Origin: Nitrospirales bacterium
GTDB lineage: Bacteria; Nitrospirota; Nitrospiria; Nitrospirales; UBA8639
Assembly (NCBI GenBank): GCA_963422365.1
Contig: OY729426.1
Coordinates: 2,144,001-2,208,000 of the forward strand
DNA length: 64,000 nt
Direction of reading: 5' to 3'
The translations under genes and the position numbers were made by a program. Shown in pieces: positions 60,494-64,000 of this stretch; position 1 is the first letter of the stretch; each line of letters begins with the position of its first letter. The notes below the pieces were generated by a model, which had not been told where the DNA came from, made no database searches, and saw only the letters and a list, made by a program, of their open reading frames with translations.

Positions 60494-61618
60494 TTATTGA
60501 GGTCGCAGGACATCCTGATACACGTCAACAAGCCTATCCATCATCGCCCCAACATTAAACTGTGATTTCACTCTCTGACATCCTTGGGCGCCAAGGACTC
60601 GACAACGCTCAGGATCAGCAAGCAAGGCAAGCACGGCTTGCGCGAGAGCCTGAGCATCATCAGGTTTCACGAATAACCCGGTGTATTGATCGTGAACAAC
60701 TTCTGACAAACCGCCCACATTTGTCGCGACCACAGGTTTGTTCACGGCCATTGCCTCCAGCACCGCAAGAGCGAGGCCTTCCAGACGCGATGGTTGGACA
60801 TACACGTCAAGAGCGGCAAGGTAAGGCACAACATCCGGTTGAAAGCCCAAAAAATGGACATATTTCTCAAGACAGAGCCGCTTGACTTGACGGTGAAGCT
60901 GTTCCTCGTAAGTCTTCTCACCTGCACCAATGATCAGATAGTGCGTGCGAGGAACCTTGGCGATGATCATCGGCATCGCCTGGAGCATGACATCATAGCC
61001 CTTTCTTGAAAAAAGATTCGCCACCGTCCCCAGCACCATGTCTTCAGGGGAAAACCCAAGTACCTGACGGATTTGATCGCCATTCACATTCAGGGAAAAC
61101 CGATTCAAGTCGAGACCGCTATACAGAGTCTCGACTTGGCGCGGTGAACCCCCACCCGCCGCAAAAGCACGTTCAATCTGCCTGGAGACGGTAAAAACAT
61201 AATCCACTTTATTCAATTCATACGGAATAACCTTAGCCGGCTCAATCTCTTGGCGCACGTGCGCCACAACCGGCACGGCAAAACGCTGAGACGCTCGCAG
61301 GACTTGCGGAACCCACCATATATCATTGACATGGACGAGTTGAGGTTGCACCGAATCAATCATTGATTCCAGAAAATGAATGCTTCTACCCCGAGCAAAG
61401 CGTGTTTTCCATTTCCTCCATGCTGGAAACGAGGCATCGCGTGCCTCTATTCCACAAGAAGCTAATTCCCGTTGCAGGGAGGATGGGCATGGACAAACGA
61501 CAATGGGATGATAACTCCGTTGCGCAAGCTGGGTGACAATGGTGACCAGCTCACGCTCAGCACCACCAATGCCTCCAATACCATGAATGAACAGAATTTT
61601 TGGAACATCCAATACCAT
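60494..61618 (-). CDS. GT4 family glycosyltransferase
   Basis: GGAER, RKG, PSRLEGL.LAVLEAMA..KPVVATNVGG. Confidence 0.92.
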   Translation of the reverse strand: MVLDVPKILFIHGIGGIGGAERELVTIVTQLAQRSYHPIVVCPCPSSLQRELASCGIEARDASFPAWRKWKTRFARGRSIHFLESMIDSVQPQLVHVNDIWWVPQVLRASQRFAVPVVAHVRQEIEPAKVIPYELNKVDYVFTVSRQIERAFAAGGGSPRQVETLYSGLDLNRFSLNVNGDQIRQVLGFSPEDMVLGTVANLFSRKGYDVMLQAMPMIIAKVPRTHYLIIGAGEKTYEEQLHRQVKRLCLEKYVHFLGFQPDVVPYLAALDVYVQPSRLEGLALAVLEAMAVNKPVVATNVGGLSEVVHDQYTGLFVKPDDAQALAQAVLALLADPERCRVLGAQGCQRVKSQFNVGAMMDRLVDVYQDVLRPQ

Positions 61619-61830
61619 GTTATCCTGTCAGCCTTGGCTGACCATTCCCTCAGGCATCCTGTCGTCTTTAGAGGTCGTAAAGCGAGAAGAGGAATTATAG
61701 AGGACACAGGGAAAAGCGGTCAATGCTGGGGAACGCGTTGCATGCGGCTGACTTTCTCTAGTAGAATGGGCAAATCCTCTGAGATTCCTCGAACACCGAC
61801 GGCAGACCACACGGGGCTTCAGTGAAGTAG

Positions 61831-62091
61831 ATGAGCGCGATTAGTTTTGATACCCATACGTTTGTGAAGCGTCTGACCCAAGCGGGCATGCCGGAAGTCT
61901 AGGCCGAGGTGCTGGTGGACTCCCAAGCCCTGCTGATTGATAATCAACTTGCCACCAAGCACGACTTGCACGAACTGGAAGTTCGGCTGACCCATACCCT
62001 CAAGGAACTGGAGGCCAGGTTGACGATCCGCCTGGGCTCTATGCTCGTCATCGCCATTGGCGTCGTGGCCACGCTGGTGAAACTCCTCTAA
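61831..62091 (+). pseudogene. DUF1640 paralog with in-frame TAG
   Basis: Close copy of 56557-56916; TAG at 61900-61902 aligns with a Gln codon; fewer 33-bp units. Confidence 0.85.
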
Positions 62092-62252
62092 CCTAGCGCA
62101 CACCCCATGCTCCAATTGACTCCACGAGATGACTCCACGAGAAGTCAGACTTTCAAAATTCAGGAATAGGACTCAGCCAATTAAGATTCTCAACCATGCC
62201 TTCTTTACTATGCCAAAAGGTTCGGCCTCGCTTCATACCAGAGGATCAGGTC

Positions 62253-63209
62253 ATGAATAGCTCTCCCTCTATGCCTCTTGTCAGCGTAATCATCCCTACC
62301 TGCAACGGCGTCAATCGCTATATAGACCAAGCGATTGCAAGTGTCCTTTCGCAAACATTTCAGGATTTTGAACTCATTATTATCGACGATGCCTCAACGG
62401 ATGGGACCTTGGAGTATGTCCAAGATCTGATCCTGAAGCTCATGCCTGCTCATCAACAGATCACTTATTCTCAGAGGGAAATCAACGGCGGTCCGGCCGT
62501 GGCACGGAACGATGGTGCCAAACGAGCCAAAGGCGAGTTTCTAGCCTTCTTGGACCAAGATGACCTGTGGGCACCTCCATTTCTAGACGCCACGGTGACG
62601 CTGCTGCAAGCGATGAGAACGGATATTGGTGCTGTCTGTACCGATCGCTATCGCATCAGTGCTGATGGCTCCATCATGGAGATGGAGCATGGAAAAAAAA
62701 TATCAAGAAAGGCGAAGATAAGATACGGCGATATCTGTACCGCTTTACTCCAAGGACAGCATTCCTCCGTAATAGGTTCATTCCTCTTCAGAAAGAGTGC
62801 ATTTGAGTCGGCAAAGGGGTTTGACGAAAATCTAAGGGTTTGTGAGGATCGTGATTTCTTCATCCGGTTTAGCCAACACGCTCATGTCGCGTACCTACCA
62901 AAACCTCTCTATTCTTTCAGGCGACAGTATGGGCGTCGTTCCGCGTGCGAAAGCACTCCTCCAAAATTAGCTTTTGCCAGCAGAAAATATTATTTGGAAA
63001 AGCACGCGCCATCCTGCAAGGGGAGGGCTGATCTGAAAGAAGCTCTTTCATTCGAATGGGCAAACCTTTATAGCGACATGGGGAAATACTATCTTTCCCA
63101 ACACAAACAAAAGAAAGCCAGACAATTTTTTCTTTCATCCTTAAGATTTCGTCCATTTTCGCGAAAAACGCTGCTCCGCTTTCTGCGTTCCTATGTGCCA
63201 TCTTTCTAG
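62253..63209 (+). CDS. GT2 family glycosyltransferase
   Basis: VSVIIPT.N, IIDDASTD, ARN.G...AKGEFLAFLDQDD, GFDE.L..CED. Confidence 0.92.
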   Translation: MNSSPSMPLVSVIIPTCNGVNRYIDQAIASVLSQTFQDFELIIIDDASTDGTLEYVQDLILKLMPAHQQITYSQREINGGPAVARNDGAKRAKGEFLAFLDQDDLWAPPFLDATVTLLQAMRTDIGAVCTDRYRISADGSIMEMEHGKKISRKAKIRYGDICTALLQGQHSSVIGSFLFRKSAFESAKGFDENLRVCEDRDFFIRFSQHAHVAYLPKPLYSFRRQYGRRSACESTPPKLAFASRKYYLEKHAPSCKGRADLKEALSFEWANLYSDMGKYYLSQHKQKKARQFFLSSLRFRPFSRKTLLRFLRSYVPSF

Positions 63210-63380
63210 AAAACACGTTTTTCAAGTTTTGGATGGGTTGAGATTCCCCATGTAGGAACACCTCAGAATGATTGAAATCATCTCAACGATCTCAAGAAAA
63301 TCTAAGAAAGAGTTAGAAAAGACGATGACAAGGATTTGGGGATGGAAGTAGATGGAAATAAATAGCCATGAGAAATTATC

Positions 63381-63968
63381 GTGTATCCGAGGGGGGGGGT
63401 AGAGAATATCAGAGATGTATTGAAGATAAACTTTAAGGAAATTGACGATCTATGGAAAAATGGTTGTAACATTCTGTATTGTGATCTAGACGTGGTCTTT
63501 CTCAAAGAAGCGAAATACGTTGGCGATTTTGACACATTTGCAATGTTTAATTTCACTGATCCGCCTCAAACTGATGTGAAATTTGAAAAATTTTTCAATT
63601 GTGGGATTCGATATTATCCAAACAACATGGATTCCCAAATTTGGGATTTGGGTATTGAAATGCTTGAAAATTGGAATTCTCATCGGTGGGACTGTGAACA
63701 AGTTATCTACAATTCCATGATGTGGAATCAGAACGACTTGGTACTTGAAAAAATTTACAGACCAGCAGTTAGTTTCCAAATGTTATTTACACCACCACTG
63801 CATCCAAAAAATTCAAAATTTAATAATATGCCCGTCACTGATGCAAGTGCCGTACACGTTCATGGAAGTAGAAACAGTAAATCCAGATTGCAGAAAATGC
63901 TAAAAGGAAACTTCAAAGGTCGCGTCAAAGATTTTTGCACTTTTCTTTCTTTTCCTTGGAGCCGATAA
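63381..63968 (+). CDS. Low-GC putative nucleotide-sugar transferase-like protein, probably 5'-truncated
   Basis: ILYCDLDVVF (DxD), FNCG, EQ..YN, HVHGS motifs of GT-A type; stops immediately upstream; G9 tract at 63391-63399. Confidence 0.55.
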   Translation: MYPRGGVENIRDVLKINFKEIDDLWKNGCNILYCDLDVVFLKEAKYVGDFDTFAMFNFTDPPQTDVKFEKFFNCGIRYYPNNMDSQIWDLGIEMLENWNSHRWDCEQVIYNSMMWNQNDLVLEKIYRPAVSFQMLFTPPLHPKNSKFNNMPVTDASAVHVHGSRNSKSRLQKMLKGNFKGRVKDFCTFLSFPWSR

Positions 63969-64000
63969 ACTCGATTGCTCCATCGAGCAACCACCACCTC

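Noticed and set aside
61900..61902. Programmed amber readthrough in the DUF1640 copy
   Set aside because: Aligns to a Gln codon in the paralog, a simple nonsense change explains it, and no pyl genes are present in the window.
62117..62142. 13-bp tandem duplication TGACTCCACGAGA as a target-site duplication
   Set aside because: The copies are adjacent rather than flanking an element; similar short slippage duplications occur at ~5188, ~37084 and ~39042.

Overview
This is bacterial chromosomal DNA with a backbone of roughly 50% GC (estimated by eye). The gene set (bioD/thiE/accC/accB/efp/aroQ, hemW, proC, acs, Gld-type ABC transporter, nirK, ClpS-like adaptor) fits Nitrospirales. A host-associated lifestyle such as a sponge symbiont is inferred from the eukaryote-like LRRs and dispersed DUF1640 copies, but is not proven. 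Two tRNAs are present: Leu-TAA and Ser-GCT. A mosaic surface-glycan island spans ~32.6-51.5 kb. It is mostly high GC (sampled line ~67%) and encloses a low-GC tract of fused gene remnants. Its standout gene is a 2051-aa Wzy/O-antigen-ligase-family protein with ~1640 aa of plant-type LRR, arranged as 8 capped modules with ~43 repeats, inserted in the catalytic periplasmic loop between the GxGxG and HN motifs. At the island edge lies a decayed, inverted relic of the DUF2779...accB housekeeping segment whose accB part differs mainly at synonymous sites. Also present are three DUF1640 hendecad coiled-coil genes (two damaged), REP-like hairpin families, tandem secreted HEAT-repeat paralogs and an LPS glycosyltransferase cluster. 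All family calls come from motif recognition; no searches were run.
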